Assembly (NCBI GenBank): GCA_963667725.2
Contig: CAXXHO010000003.1
Coordinates: 992,001 to 1,056,000, forward strand
Reading direction: 5' to 3'
DNA length: 64,000 bases
DNA from: Treponemataceae bacterium
GTDB lineage: Bacteria > Spirochaetota > Spirochaetia > Treponematales > Rectinemataceae
Shown here: piece after piece, positions 29,053-38,625 of the stretch
Position numbering within the stretch: position 1 is the first letter of the stretch
Layout: each line of letters starts with the position of its first letter
Notes under the pieces: generated by a model
What the model saw: the letters and a program-made list of their open reading frames with translations, nothing else
Databases searched by the model: none
Told to the model about the DNA's origin: nothing
Translations under genes and position numbers: made by a program

Positions 29053-29514
29053 ATGAGAGCCGTCGTACAGAGAGTATCCTCGGCGAGCGTGACGATAGGA
29101 AAGGCCGATAGCGTCGTTGTAGCCGGAGCCATCGACCAGGGCCTTCTCGTGTATCTCGGCGTGGGCAAGGAAGATTCCGAAAAGGACGCCGAATACCTGG
29201 CGGAAAAGGTCGCCCATCTCCGCATATTCATGGACGATGAGGAAAAAATGAATCTATCCCTCGTCGATCTCGGCTATGGGGTTTTGGCGGTTTCCCAGTT
29301 CACCCTCTATGCGGACGCAAGGAAGGGAAGACGTCCGTCTTACTCGGACGCGGCCGGAAACGATGAGGCTCTCAGGCTTTACGAACATTTCTGCCGATCG
29401 CTCTCGGCCGGGGGAATCCATGTCGAGAAGGGGCGTTTCGGGGAAATCATGCGCGTCGCTTACGTGAACGAGGGTCCCATTACCATTCTCCTCGATTCCA
29501 AAAAACTGTTCTAG
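29053..29514 (+). CDS. dtd: D-aminoacyl-tRNA deacylase
   Basis: MRAVVQRV, SQFTL, KGRRPS, NEGPITI. Confidence 0.96.
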   Translation: MRAVVQRVSSASVTIGKADSVVVAGAIDQGLLVYLGVGKEDSEKDAEYLAEKVAHLRIFMDDEEKMNLSLVDLGYGVLAVSQFTLYADARKGRRPSYSDAAGNDEALRLYEHFCRSLSAGGIHVEKGRFGEIMRVAYVNEGPITILLDSKKLF

Positions 29515-29543
29515 GAAATTACCGAGGCGAGGTCGCCGGAATA

Positions 29544-29579
29544 AAAAAAGGGTTGTCCGTTTCCGGACAACCCTTTTTT
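29544..29579. terminator. Bidirectional intrinsic terminator
   Basis: AAAAAAGGGTTGTCCG-tttc-CGGACAACCCTTTTTT between convergent dtd and ppdK. Confidence 0.9.
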
Positions 29580-29607
29580 ATTTGCTACATGGAGCCATTA
29601 AGTCTCA

Positions 29608-32600
29608 CTATTTCTTGGACGTTCCCTTGGGCCTGCCGACATGGCGTTTCGTGGAAATCGCCGCGGCGGTTTTCTTGGCTTTCACAGCCGCTTTGGCGGG
29701 GGCTTTCGCGGCTGTTTTGGTTGCTGTCTTGACAGCGGCCTTGACAGTCTTCTTGACGGCGGGCGTCTTGGTCGACAGCGCTTTCGCGGCCGCCGGCTTT
29801 CGTCCCCGAGTCGATTTGACTTTCTGAACCGCGCCTTTCTTGGCGGGGGCTTTCGCCGTCGGTTTGGCGCCTGCCTTGGAGGCTTTCGCGGTCTTGAGGG
29901 TTTTCGATGCCTTGGCTAAGGCCATGGCCTTTTCGGCCTTGGCGGCCGGTCTGCCGCGTTTTGCCTTGACGTCGGCCGCTTTCACGGCGACTTTTTTGGC
30001 GGCGGCTACTGCCTTTTTAGCCGGCGCTTTCACCGTCTTGGCGGCCTTGGCCGCGGCTTTTTCCTCGATAACAGCCTGAGCCGCCGCGAGGCGGGCGATG
30101 GGCACGCGGAAAGGCGAGCAGGAAACGTAGTTCATTCCCGCCGCGTGGCAGAATTTGACGGATTTGGCTTCGCCGCCGTGTTCGCCGCAGATGCCTACCT
30201 TGAGATTCTTGCGCGTTGAGCGGCCGCCGGCTATGCCCATTTTCACGAGCTTGCCTACGCCTGCCTGATCGATGCTGACGAAGGGATCGTTCGCGAAGAT
30301 CTCTTTTCCGCCTTCCTTCTCCGCCTTTACGTAGTCGGGGAGGAATCGGCCGGCGTCGTCGCGTGAGAGGCCTAAGGTCATCTGGGTGAGGTCGTTCGTC
30401 CCGAAGGAGAAGAATTCCGCTTCCTCGGCGATCTCGTCGGCGAGGAGGGCGGCGCGGGGAATCTCGATCATCGTGCCGACCATGTAGGTGATCTTGGATT
30501 TTGCCTTGGCGATGATAGGATCGGCCACTCCCCTCGTCTGATCGGCGAGGATCTTGAACTCTTTCCTGTCGATGGTGAGGGGTATCATGATCTCAGGGAG
30601 CACTTTGATGCCCTTCTTCTCCATGTTGACGGCGGCCTGGATGATGGCGGTCACCTGCATGTCGAGAATCTCGGGGTAGGTGATGCAGAGGCGGCAGCCG
30701 CGGTGGCCGAGCATGGGGTTGGATTCGTGGAGCTGGTCGCAGCGCATCTTGATGAATTCGGGGGTCTTGCCGGTGATCTTGGCGAGCTTGTCGACGCCCG
30801 CGTCGTCCTTGGGGGTAAACTCGTGAAGGGGAGGGTCGATGAGGCGGATGGTGACGGGTTTGCCGTTCATGGCCTCGAAGATGCCCTCGAAATCGCCCTG
30901 CTGGAAGGGAAGGAGCTTGGCGAGCGCCTTCTTGCGGGTTTCGACATCGTCGGCGATGATCATTTCCTGGATGGCAAGCTGACGCTTTTCCGAATTGGCC
31001 GGGACTTTGAAATCTTTGAAGAACATGTGTTCGGTACGGCAGAGGCCGATGCCTTCGGCGCCGAGCTCGACAGCCTTCTGAGCGTCGTGGGGAGTGTCGG
31101 CGTTGGTGCGGACCTTGAGGGTGCGGATTTCGTCGCACCAGCCAAGCAGCGTCTTGAATTCCTTGGTCTGTTCGGGCTTTTTCAGGGGGAGAGCGCTGAT
31201 GAATACGTCGCCGGTGGTGCCGTTGATGGTCACTTCATCGCCCTGCTTGAGAATCTTGCCGCCGACTTTTACGGTCTTGGCCTTCTCGTCGATATCGAGG
31301 GCTTCGCAGCCTACGATGCAGCACTTGCCCCATCCGCGGGCCACGACGGCCGCGTGGGAAGTCTTGCCGCCGGTCGCGGTGAGGATTCCCTGGGCGGCGA
31401 ACATGCCGCCGACGTCTTCGGGGCTGGTTTCGCGGCGGATGAGAATGGTCTTCTCGCCGGCCAGAGCCATGGTTTCGGCGTCGGCGGCGTTGAACACGAG
31501 CTTGCCCGCGGCGGCGCCCGGGACGGCGTCGATGCCGGTGGCGAGCTTCAGTTCCTTGAGCTTGGCGGCGCCGGTGGCGGCGACGTCGATGATGGGATAG
31601 AAGACGCCCTCGATCTGCTCGGGTGTTATGCGGGAAATGGCTTCCGCCTTGGTGATGAGTCCTTCGTTGACCATATCCACCGCGATCTTGAAGGCCGCGG
31701 AGGGAAGGCGCTTGCCGGTGCGGCACTGAAGCATGTAGAGCTTCTCGTCTTCAATCGTGAACTCGAGATCCTGCATTTCCTTGAAGTTCTTCTCGAGGGT
31801 CTTGCGGACCTTGAGCAGCTGCTTGTAAGCCTTGGGAAGCTTGGTGCCGAGTTCGGCGAGCTTCATGGGCGTGCGGATTCCGGCGACGACATCTTCGCCC
31901 TGGGCGTTGATGAGGCAGTCGCCGTAGAAGACGTTCTCGCCGGAGTTGGGGTCGCGGGTAAAGCAGACGCCGGTGCCGGAGTTGTCGCCCTTGTTGCCGA
32001 ACACCATCTGCACGACGTTAACGGCGGTGCCCTTGAGGTCGGTGATTTTCTCGACGCGGCGGTAGGTTACGGACTTGTCCGCTTCCCATGAATTGAAGAC
32101 GGCGTCGATGGCGCCCCAGAGCTGTTCCATCGGATCCTGGGGGAAATCATCTTTCTTGTTTTTCTTATAGAATGCCTTGAATTCCTCGCAGAGCTCCTTG
32201 AGGTTGTCGGCGCTGAGTTCGGTGTCGTTCTTGAATCCGAGCTTGCTCTTCATCTCGCTGAGCATTTCTTCCATGGGCTCTTTGGAAAGTCCCATGGCTG
32301 TGGTGGAATACATCTGGATGAAGCGGCGGTAGCTGTCGTAGGCGAAACGGGGATTTTTCGTGACGGCGGCGAGACCCTGGACGGATTCGTCGTTGAGGCC
32401 GAGGTTGAGGATAGTCTCGAGCATGCCGGGCATGGAACGGGCCGCGCCCGAACGGACGGAGACAAGGAGGGGATCCTTGGAATCGCCGAGTTTCTTGCCG
32501 GCCATTTTTTCCAGCTTTATGACGGCGGCTTTCACTTCATCGACGATCGCCTTCGGGAGTTTGCGTCCGGCCTTGAAATATTCCTCACAGGAGGGAATGC

Positions 32601-32745
32601 TGATCGTAAAGCCGGCGGGAACGGGAAGACCGATCTTGGTCATCTCCATGAGTCCGGCGCCTTTGCCGCCGAGAATGTCTTTGCTCATTCCGGCGCCCTC
32701 TGCGATACCGCTTCCAAACGCGTACACGAATTTCTTTTTAGCCAT
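29608..32745 (-). CDS. ppdK: Pyruvate, phosphate dikinase with C-terminal Lys/Ala-rich histone-H1-like tail
   Basis: LGGKG, SVRSGA, GGKTSHAAVVARG (phospho-His), GLCRTEHMF, GICGEHGG. ATG 32745 after GGAGGA. Confidence 0.97.
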   Translation of the reverse strand: MAKKKFVYAFGSGIAEGAGMSKDILGGKGAGLMEMTKIGLPVPAGFTISIPSCEEYFKAGRKLPKAIVDEVKAAVIKLEKMAGKKLGDSKDPLLVSVRSGAARSMPGMLETILNLGLNDESVQGLAAVTKNPRFAYDSYRRFIQMYSTTAMGLSKEPMEEMLSEMKSKLGFKNDTELSADNLKELCEEFKAFYKKNKKDDFPQDPMEQLWGAIDAVFNSWEADKSVTYRRVEKITDLKGTAVNVVQMVFGNKGDNSGTGVCFTRDPNSGENVFYGDCLINAQGEDVVAGIRTPMKLAELGTKLPKAYKQLLKVRKTLEKNFKEMQDLEFTIEDEKLYMLQCRTGKRLPSAAFKIAVDMVNEGLITKAEAISRITPEQIEGVFYPIIDVAATGAAKLKELKLATGIDAVPGAAAGKLVFNAADAETMALAGEKTILIRRETSPEDVGGMFAAQGILTATGGKTSHAAVVARGWGKCCIVGCEALDIDEKAKTVKVGGKILKQGDEVTINGTTGDVFISALPLKKPEQTKEFKTLLGWCDEIRTLKVRTNADTPHDAQKAVELGAEGIGLCRTEHMFFKDFKVPANSEKRQLAIQEMIIADDVETRKKALAKLLPFQQGDFEGIFEAMNGKPVTIRLIDPPLHEFTPKDDAGVDKLAKITGKTPEFIKMRCDQLHESNPMLGHRGCRLCITYPEILDMQVTAIIQAAVNMEKKGIKVLPEIMIPLTIDRKEFKILADQTRGVADPIIAKAKSKITYMVGTMIEIPRAALLADEIAEEAEFFSFGTNDLTQMTLGLSRDDAGRFLPDYVKAEKEGGKEIFANDPFVSIDQAGVGKLVKMGIAGGRSTRKNLKVGICGEHGGEAKSVKFCHAAGMNYVSCSPFRVPIARLAAAQAVIEEKAAAKAAKTVKAPAKKAVAAAKKVAVKAADVKAKRGRPAAKAEKAMALAKASKTLKTAKASKAGAKPTAKAPAKKGAVQKVKSTRGRKPAAAKALSTKTPAVKKTVKAAVKTATKTAAKAPAKAAVKAKKTAAAISTKRHVGRPKGTSKK

Positions 32746-32830
32746 TAGGCATGTCCTCCGAAAGGAAAATGAATCGCGAAGCAATGCTTCGCATGAAAAG
32801 CGATTTGCTTTGTTCAAATCACACTGGAGT

Positions 32831-32859
32831 AAACTAATAGAAAGAATGCTCTATGTCAA
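32831..32859 (-). promoter_or_regulatory. Putative sigma70 promoter of ppdK
   Basis: TTGACA-N17-TAGTTT on the minus strand. Confidence 0.55.
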
Positions 32860-32935
32860 GAAAGCGCGGATGGCGTTATGCGATCCAGCCCTTCGCCATT
32901 GACTTAAACAGCTCCGTCGGGTACATGATATTTAC

Positions 32936-34105
32936 GTGAAGCATATATTTTTCCACGTCGACCTCGACGCTTTTTTCGCTTCGGTGGAGCAATGCGACCA
33001 TCCCGAATATAAGGGAAAACCGACGATAGTCGGCGCGGCGCCGGGACATCGGGGCGTCGTTTCGACCTGTTCCTACGAGGCCAGAGCGTTCGGCCTGCAT
33101 TCCGCCATGCCCATCTCCCAGGCCTTCAAGCTTTGTCCCCAAGGCATTTTTCTCCCGGTACGAATGCGACGATATTCGGAGGTTTCCCGACAAATAATGA
33201 AAATCCTGACGGGCTTCACGCCCGACACCATGCAGATTTCCATAGACGAAGCCATGCTCGACATGACGGGAACCCAACGTCTATGGGGCGAATCCGAGAG
33301 CGCGTCGGCGAGGATAAAGAAAAATATTTTCGATGAAACGGGGCTGACCGTTTCAATCGGCGTCAGCGCCAACCGATATGTGGCGAAAATCGCTTCGGGA
33401 ATCAGGAAACCCGATGGATTCGTCCTTGTTCCCGAGGGTTCCGAATCGGAGTTCATGAGCTCGCTCCCCCTGGAAAAATTATGGGGGGCCGGCGAGAAGA
33501 CCAGAAAATCCCTCAAGGATATCGGAATTACCTCGATTGCCGGACTTCAGAAAATTTCGCTTTCCATTCTGGAGTCGAAATTCGGAAAGGCCGGCGCGGC
33601 ATTTCTCTGCGCCGCGGCGAGGGGCGAGGATCCCGGAATTTTCTCGGGCGAGACAAAATCTTCATCGATGAGCGGCGAGCGCACGTTCGAGAGGGATACA
33701 ACGGACAGGGAAGCGGTGTGCGACGTACTGCGCATGCTCGCCGACGACCTGGCGGCCCGGATGTGCGTTGAAGGAACCTGGTCCTGCACGCTGGACCTCA
33801 AGCTCCGTTTCGGCGATTTCTCGTCGATCTCCCGGCAGTGCACGAAGGCCGAACCTTATTCCTCGGCCAACGAAATCTACGGCGACGCGATCATGCTTCT
33901 TGACAGGAATTGGGACGGAAAAAATCCCCTGCGTCTCGTAGGCGCGGGGCTGCACAGACTCCAGAAAGGCGCCTGTCTCCAAGGCCAGCTTTTTGAGCCC
34001 CAGGACGGCAAATCCGAGGAAGTGCGCAGGGTAGTGCAGGAAATAGGCAGGAAAGGCGCCGGCACACTTGTCCGGGCGAAATTCCTACCAGGAAAGCCTC
34101 ATTGA
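32936..34105 (+). CDS. dinB: DNA polymerase IV
   Basis: HVDLDAFFASVE, SYEAR, SIDEA, KPDG, little-finger domain. Confidence 0.95.
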   Translation: MKHIFFHVDLDAFFASVEQCDHPEYKGKPTIVGAAPGHRGVVSTCSYEARAFGLHSAMPISQAFKLCPQGIFLPVRMRRYSEVSRQIMKILTGFTPDTMQISIDEAMLDMTGTQRLWGESESASARIKKNIFDETGLTVSIGVSANRYVAKIASGIRKPDGFVLVPEGSESEFMSSLPLEKLWGAGEKTRKSLKDIGITSIAGLQKISLSILESKFGKAGAAFLCAAARGEDPGIFSGETKSSSMSGERTFERDTTDREAVCDVLRMLADDLAARMCVEGTWSCTLDLKLRFGDFSSISRQCTKAEPYSSANEIYGDAIMLLDRNWDGKNPLRLVGAGLHRLQKGACLQGQLFEPQDGKSEEVRRVVQEIGRKGAGTLVRAKFLPGKPH

Positions 34106-34717
34106 CGGGGGAATTTCGCTCGCGACGATGTCTTTCATCTGCCCTTCGAAGATCGCCGTATTGCCTTCCTGCCGCACCGCTACGGCCGGATGCTGGGATG
34201 CCGTTTCCTTGATGGGGGAGGGGAGTTCGACGGCGAATTTGAAGGTATAGGAGGCAAAGGCTTCCTGGGCGATCTGCTTCATGTCGGCATCGAAGGTAGG
34301 AAGGCTCTCCCCCACGGTGAAGACGATATGGTGTCCTCCCGAGTCCTGACTGTGCTTCGCCAGCTCTCCCTTTGGATCCAGATATCGCATGAAGGCGTCC
34401 AGGCTGTCGAAGGATATCACGGTCTTTATGAGGAGGTCCGTGCCATCCTTCCTGCTAGACCAGGCATCCAGCGCCAATCCCTTCACGCCCCTGAGGCTGT
34501 TCTCTACATCGGCCCTCGTCAGCGGGACGGGAAGCATGGCCTTGTTGGCCTCCAGTTCCCCGAAAGAAACAAGTTCCTCGGAAAGCCTGTATTCGGCCGA
34601 AACTTTTCCCGAACCATTCTCCGAAATCTTTACCTTCGTATCGATGCCAACGCAGGAAGTCATCAGAATCATCATGGCGAGGCAGCCAAGGACGGCCCTG
34701 CAGTTTTTGGAAATCAT
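34085..34717 (-). CDS. Putative lipoprotein of unknown function
   Basis: Signal peptide ending LMTS-C (lipobox). ATG after AAAGGGGA. 3' end overlaps dinB. Confidence 0.7.
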   Translation of the reverse strand: MISKNCRAVLGCLAMMILMTSCVGIDTKVKISENGSGKVSAEYRLSEELVSFGELEANKAMLPVPLTRADVENSLRGVKGLALDAWSSRKDGTDLLIKTVISFDSLDAFMRYLDPKGELAKHSQDSGGHHIVFTVGESLPTFDADMKQIAQEAFASYTFKFAVELPSPIKETASQHPAVAVRQEGNTAIFEGQMKDIVASEIPPSMRLSW

Positions 34718-34736
34718 CGTGTCCCCTTTCATATTG

Positions 34737-35027
34737 TCAGTCATATACCTCGGAATGAATTTGCGCTTCATAGATGTTCACGGGAAAACCGTCCTCCACG
34801 AACCTCACCGCCTCGTTGAGAACCTTCTCCCCGAAGGTCTGGGAGTTGGAGACGATGGCCGCGCCGATTTCGGCGAAGCCGAGCGAATCCTGGAGATCGA
34901 CTTCAGCGCAGGAAAGCCGGAACTTCCTCTGCATCCTGCTTTTCATTCCGGAAATCACCTTGCGCTTGTCTTTGATGCTCGTGGTTTCCGGCAGCTCCAC
35001 GATAAGCAGAAGCATGGATACGACCAT
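34737..35027 (-). CDS. DUF503 (YlxP-like) protein
   Basis: SIKDKRKV...SCAEVDLQD...IGAAIVSN pattern. Confidence 0.8.
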   Translation of the reverse strand: MVVSMLLLIVELPETTSIKDKRKVISGMKSRMQRKFRLSCAEVDLQDSLGFAEIGAAIVSNSQTFGEKVLNEAVRFVEDGFPVNIYEAQIHSEVYD

Positions 35028-35058
35028 ATCGGAATAATAGTATCACGCACCCGCATTC

Positions 35059-35087
35059 TTGACACCCCCTTATGGCGTGGATATTGT
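35059..35087 (+). promoter_or_regulatory. Putative sigma70 promoter of metG (probably leaderless)
   Basis: TTGACA-N17-TATTGT. The ATG is 8 nt downstream and there is no SD. Confidence 0.6.
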
Positions 35088-35095
35088 GCTGAGTT

Positions 35096-37468
35096 ATGAA
35101 ACGCAGACTAATCACTTCGGCGCTGCCCTATGTGAACAATGTCCCCCATCTGGGGAACCTCATACAAGTACTTTCGGCCGACGTGTTCGCCAGATTCTGC
35201 CGCCTGAGGGGCTACGATACCCTTTATATCTGCGGAACCGACGAATACGGCACGGCCACCGAGACGAAGGCTCAGGAAGAAGGCATTACTCCCCGCGAGC
35301 TCTGCGACAGATTCCACGCCCTCCATCGCGACATCTATTCGTGGTTCGGCATCTCCTTCGACAAGTTCGGGCGCACATCGGCGCCCGAGCAGACCGCCAT
35401 AACGCAATCGATCTTCCTCGATCTCGAAAAGAACGGCTACATAAAAAGCCAGACCATAGAGCAGCTGTACTGCGATTCCTGCGGCAGGTTCCTGGCCGAC
35501 CGCTACGTCAAGGGAACCTGTCCCTCCTGCGGCTACGACGGCGCCCGGGGCGACCAGTGCGAGCACTGCGGCAAGCTTCTCGAGCCGACAGAGCTCGTCA
35601 ATCCCAAGTGTTCCAGCTGCGGCGCCACGCCCCATCTCAAGGCCACGACCCATCTCTACATCGACCTGCCGGCCATTAAGCCCAAGCTCGAGCCCTGGAT
35701 CAGGGAAGCGAGCGAGAAGGGATTCTGGTCCAACAACGCCATCCAGATGACACAAGCCTGGCTTAGGGACGGCCTCAAGGCCCGCGCCATCACCCGGGAC
35801 CTGAAATGGGGCATTCCCGTTCCCCTGAAAGGCTACGAAGACAAGGTCTTCTACGTCTGGTTCGACGCCCCCATCGGCTACATTTCGATGACGGCTGGGC
35901 TAGCGGCCGAAAAAGGCTTCGACTGGAAATCCTGGTGGCAGAATCCCGAGAACGTCGACCTGTTCCAGTTCATCGGAAAGGACAACATCCCCTTCCATAC
36001 GGTCATCTTCCCCTCCAGCCTCCTGGGCTCAGGACGGGACTGGACGATGCTTCACCACATGTCATCGAGCGAGTACCTGAACTATGAATCCGGCAAGTTC
36101 TCTAAGTCCAAGGGAATCGGCGTTTTCGGCACCGACGTCATGGAGACCGGCATCCCGGCCGACGTGTGGCGCTTCTATATTTTCTGGAACAGACCCGAGA
36201 CTTCGGACTACACCTTCACCTGGTCTGACTTCCTGGAAAAAGTGAACGGCGAACTCATCGGCAACCTCGGCAACCTGGCCAACCGAACCCTGACCTTCGT
36301 CTCGCGCTACTACGAGGGAGCGATCCCCGCCGGCAGACCCGACGCGGAGTTCTGGGAAAGGGCGAGGGAAATCGAGGCGAGAATCACCGCTTCCCTGGAG
36401 AGGGCTGACCTGCGCGAAGCCTTCCGCGCCATCTTCGAGCTGTCAGATATCGCGAACAAGCGTTTCCAGGACGGCGCGCCGTGGAAGACCAGGATTTCCG
36501 ACCCGGAGGCGGCGGCCTCCCTCGTGTCGGACCTCTGCTACATCCTCAGGGACATCGCCCTGCTCACCGAGCCCTACATGCCCCACGCCGCAGAAAAGCT
36601 CGCGGCGATGCTTGGGCAGAAACTGGGCCAAGGCGGCCTCGACTGGTCCGTCCTCGGCAGGACGGAGGGGCTTTCGGAAGTGAAGACTCCCGAGGTGCTT
36701 TTCGCCAAGCTGGATGAAAAATATATCGCGACCCTGCGCGAGCGCTATTCGGGCTCGCAGAAGGAAAGAGCCGACAGGGATCTGGCGGCTGGCGACGTAA
36801 AGGCGCCAGCGGGCGACGCGAAGGCGCCGGTCTCTGCCTCTGCCTCTGCCGTGAAAGCCCCGGCTCCCGACGCCAAGCCCGCGTCCGCGGCCAGCGCGCC
36901 TACGGCAAACGCTCTCGCCGCCAAGGAAGCACCGGCTCCCAAGCCTATCCCCTACGCGGATTTGCCCGTAGAGCAGCGCTTTCTCAAGCTCGTTGCCCTC
37001 AAAGTGGCGAAAATCGTCAAGATAGAACGCCATCCCAAGGCGGACAAGCTCTATATAGAAACCCTCGACGACGGCTCTGGCGTCGAACGCGTGATCGTGT
37101 CCGGCCTCGTGCCTTTCTATAAAGAAGAGGAGCTCCTCGGCAAGCACATCATCCTCGTCGACAACCTGAAGCCCGCGAAGCTGCGAGGCGTGGAGTCGAA
37201 GGGAATGCTTCTCGCTGCATCGCTTTCCGGCCCGGACGGAAAGGAAGCGGTGGAGGTGTTGAGCGCTCCCTGGGCCGCGCCGGGAACGCCTGTCTCGCTT
37301 GAAGGGATGAAAGCCGAAGGCCCCGCCGATGCTCAGATCGACGTGGACAGCTTCTTCTCCGTGCCGCTGGCGGCCAAGCTCGGTTATGCCCAGGCAGGTT
37401 CCGCCCGGCTCAGCGTCGACGGCAATCCGCTCAAGCTCCAGACCGTGCTCGACGGCGAGATCGGTTGA
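35096..37468 (+). CDS. metG: Methionine--tRNA ligase with C-terminal tRNA-binding (EMAPII-like) domain
   Basis: LPYVNNVPHLGN, two zinc knuckles, YVWFDAP, KFSKS, A/P/K-rich linker, HPKADKLY...LRGVESKGM. Confidence 0.98.
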   Translation: MKRRLITSALPYVNNVPHLGNLIQVLSADVFARFCRLRGYDTLYICGTDEYGTATETKAQEEGITPRELCDRFHALHRDIYSWFGISFDKFGRTSAPEQTAITQSIFLDLEKNGYIKSQTIEQLYCDSCGRFLADRYVKGTCPSCGYDGARGDQCEHCGKLLEPTELVNPKCSSCGATPHLKATTHLYIDLPAIKPKLEPWIREASEKGFWSNNAIQMTQAWLRDGLKARAITRDLKWGIPVPLKGYEDKVFYVWFDAPIGYISMTAGLAAEKGFDWKSWWQNPENVDLFQFIGKDNIPFHTVIFPSSLLGSGRDWTMLHHMSSSEYLNYESGKFSKSKGIGVFGTDVMETGIPADVWRFYIFWNRPETSDYTFTWSDFLEKVNGELIGNLGNLANRTLTFVSRYYEGAIPAGRPDAEFWERAREIEARITASLERADLREAFRAIFELSDIANKRFQDGAPWKTRISDPEAAASLVSDLCYILRDIALLTEPYMPHAAEKLAAMLGQKLGQGGLDWSVLGRTEGLSEVKTPEVLFAKLDEKYIATLRERYSGSQKERADRDLAAGDVKAPAGDAKAPVSASASAVKAPAPDAKPASAASAPTANALAAKEAPAPKPIPYADLPVEQRFLKLVALKVAKIVKIERHPKADKLYIETLDDGSGVERVIVSGLVPFYKEEELLGKHIILVDNLKPAKLRGVESKGMLLAASLSGPDGKEAVEVLSAPWAAPGTPVSLEGMKAEGPADAQIDVDSFFSVPLAAKLGYAQAGSARLSVDGNPLKLQTVLDGEIG

Positions 37469-38625
37469 TTTTGGAAGAAAAAACCTTGCCTGAGGCAGAT
37501 GGCGACAGCGGCGATAGCGGCGACGAGACCTCCGCGAGCCCGAACCCGTGCCCCAGCCTGAGCCGGAGTTTCATGCAGACCACCTTCTGGGCCCGTTTCA
37601 AGGAAAGGACGGGCTGGAAGGTCTATATTTTCCCGAGCGGTCCAACCGAAGGGAATCGCGCGGCCGCAGCGGAAAGAAAAGGCGAGGGCGATATCGTAGT
37701 TCTTGTCCGCCCGCTGAGGCTTGGATTCAGCTTTGCCTATGTTCCTCACGCTCCGGCTCTGACTCCCGAGATTACCGATCCTTCCGCTTATCTCGAATCC
37801 CTTGCCGCGACGATAGCGGCCGCCATAAAGGAAAAGATACTCTTTCTGCGTTTCGACCTCGCTTGGGATCGAGAAGGCGCCGCGGGCAGGCTCCTTCTCG
37901 AGGCTGTAGGGAAGGGCGAGGGGAGACTGAGGCGAGGTACGGCTGTCCAGGTGCCTGACACCGTCCTTCTCGACCTGAGAAGACCGGAGGAAGAAATCCT
38001 TTCCGGGATGAAGCCGAAATGGCGCTACAACATCAAGCTGTCGGAAAAGAAGGGCGTGGAGATAAGCAGGGAAGGCGCCGCGGCGCTGGACGTCTTCTAT
38101 ACGCTCTATCTGGAAACGGCGAAGCGGGACGGCATAGCCATCCACCCGCTGGCTTACTATGAAAACCTTTTCGTCACCGCCCGGGACGTTGAAAAATCGT
38201 CGGATTCGCTTTCTCCCAAGCTATCGATTTGGGTGGCGCGACATGAGGGAGAGGCGCTGGCCTCTATCATCACCCTCTTCCAGGGCGAACACGCGACCTA
38301 TCTGTACGGCGCTTCCTCGGGCGAAAAGCGTAACCTGATGCCCGCTTACGGTCTCCAGTGGAAGGCCATCCAGGCCGCCAAAGCGGAAGGCTGTGTCGAC
38401 TACGATTTTTTCGGGATTCCTCCCGACGAAGATCCCCGCCATCCGATGGCGGGACTCTATTTCTTCAAGACAGGGTTCGGCGGAAAGATCGTGCACCGGG
38501 TCGGATGCGTGGATTACCCCGTGCTGCCCCTTGGATACGACCTCTTCAGAAAAGCGGAAACCTTGCGTCTCTTCTGGTTCAAGAAGATCAAGAAAATGCT
38601 CAAGGGATCAGCCAGAAGGCCCTGA
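37465..38625 (+). CDS. FemABX-family peptidoglycan bridge peptidyltransferase
   Basis: FMQTTFWARFK, KWRYNI, YLYGAS, LQWKAI, YDFFG, FKTGFGG. Confidence 0.9.
   Translation: MILEEKTLPEADGDSGDSGDETSASPNPCPSLSRSFMQTTFWARFKERTGWKVYIFPSGPTEGNRAAAAERKGEGDIVVLVRPLRLGFSFAYVPHAPALTPEITDPSAYLESLAATIAAAIKEKILFLRFDLAWDREGAAGRLLLEAVGKGEGRLRRGTAVQVPDTVLLDLRRPEEEILSGMKPKWRYNIKLSEKKGVEISREGAAALDVFYTLYLETAKRDGIAIHPLAYYENLFVTARDVEKSSDSLSPKLSIWVARHEGEALASIITLFQGEHATYLYGASSGEKRNLMPAYGLQWKAIQAAKAEGCVDYDFFGIPPDEDPRHPMAGLYFFKTGFGGKIVHRVGCVDYPVLPLGYDLFRKAETLRLFWFKKIKKMLKGSARRP

Noticed and set aside
32860..32935. LexA/SOS box upstream of dinB
   Set aside because: No convincing palindrome or known LexA consensus was found.
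34085..34105. Convergent 3' overlaps (dinB/lipoprotein 21 nt; femX/AMMECR1 18 nt at 38608-38625) as antisense regulation
   Set aside because: Short tail-to-tail overlaps are common in compact genomes, and there is no further evidence.
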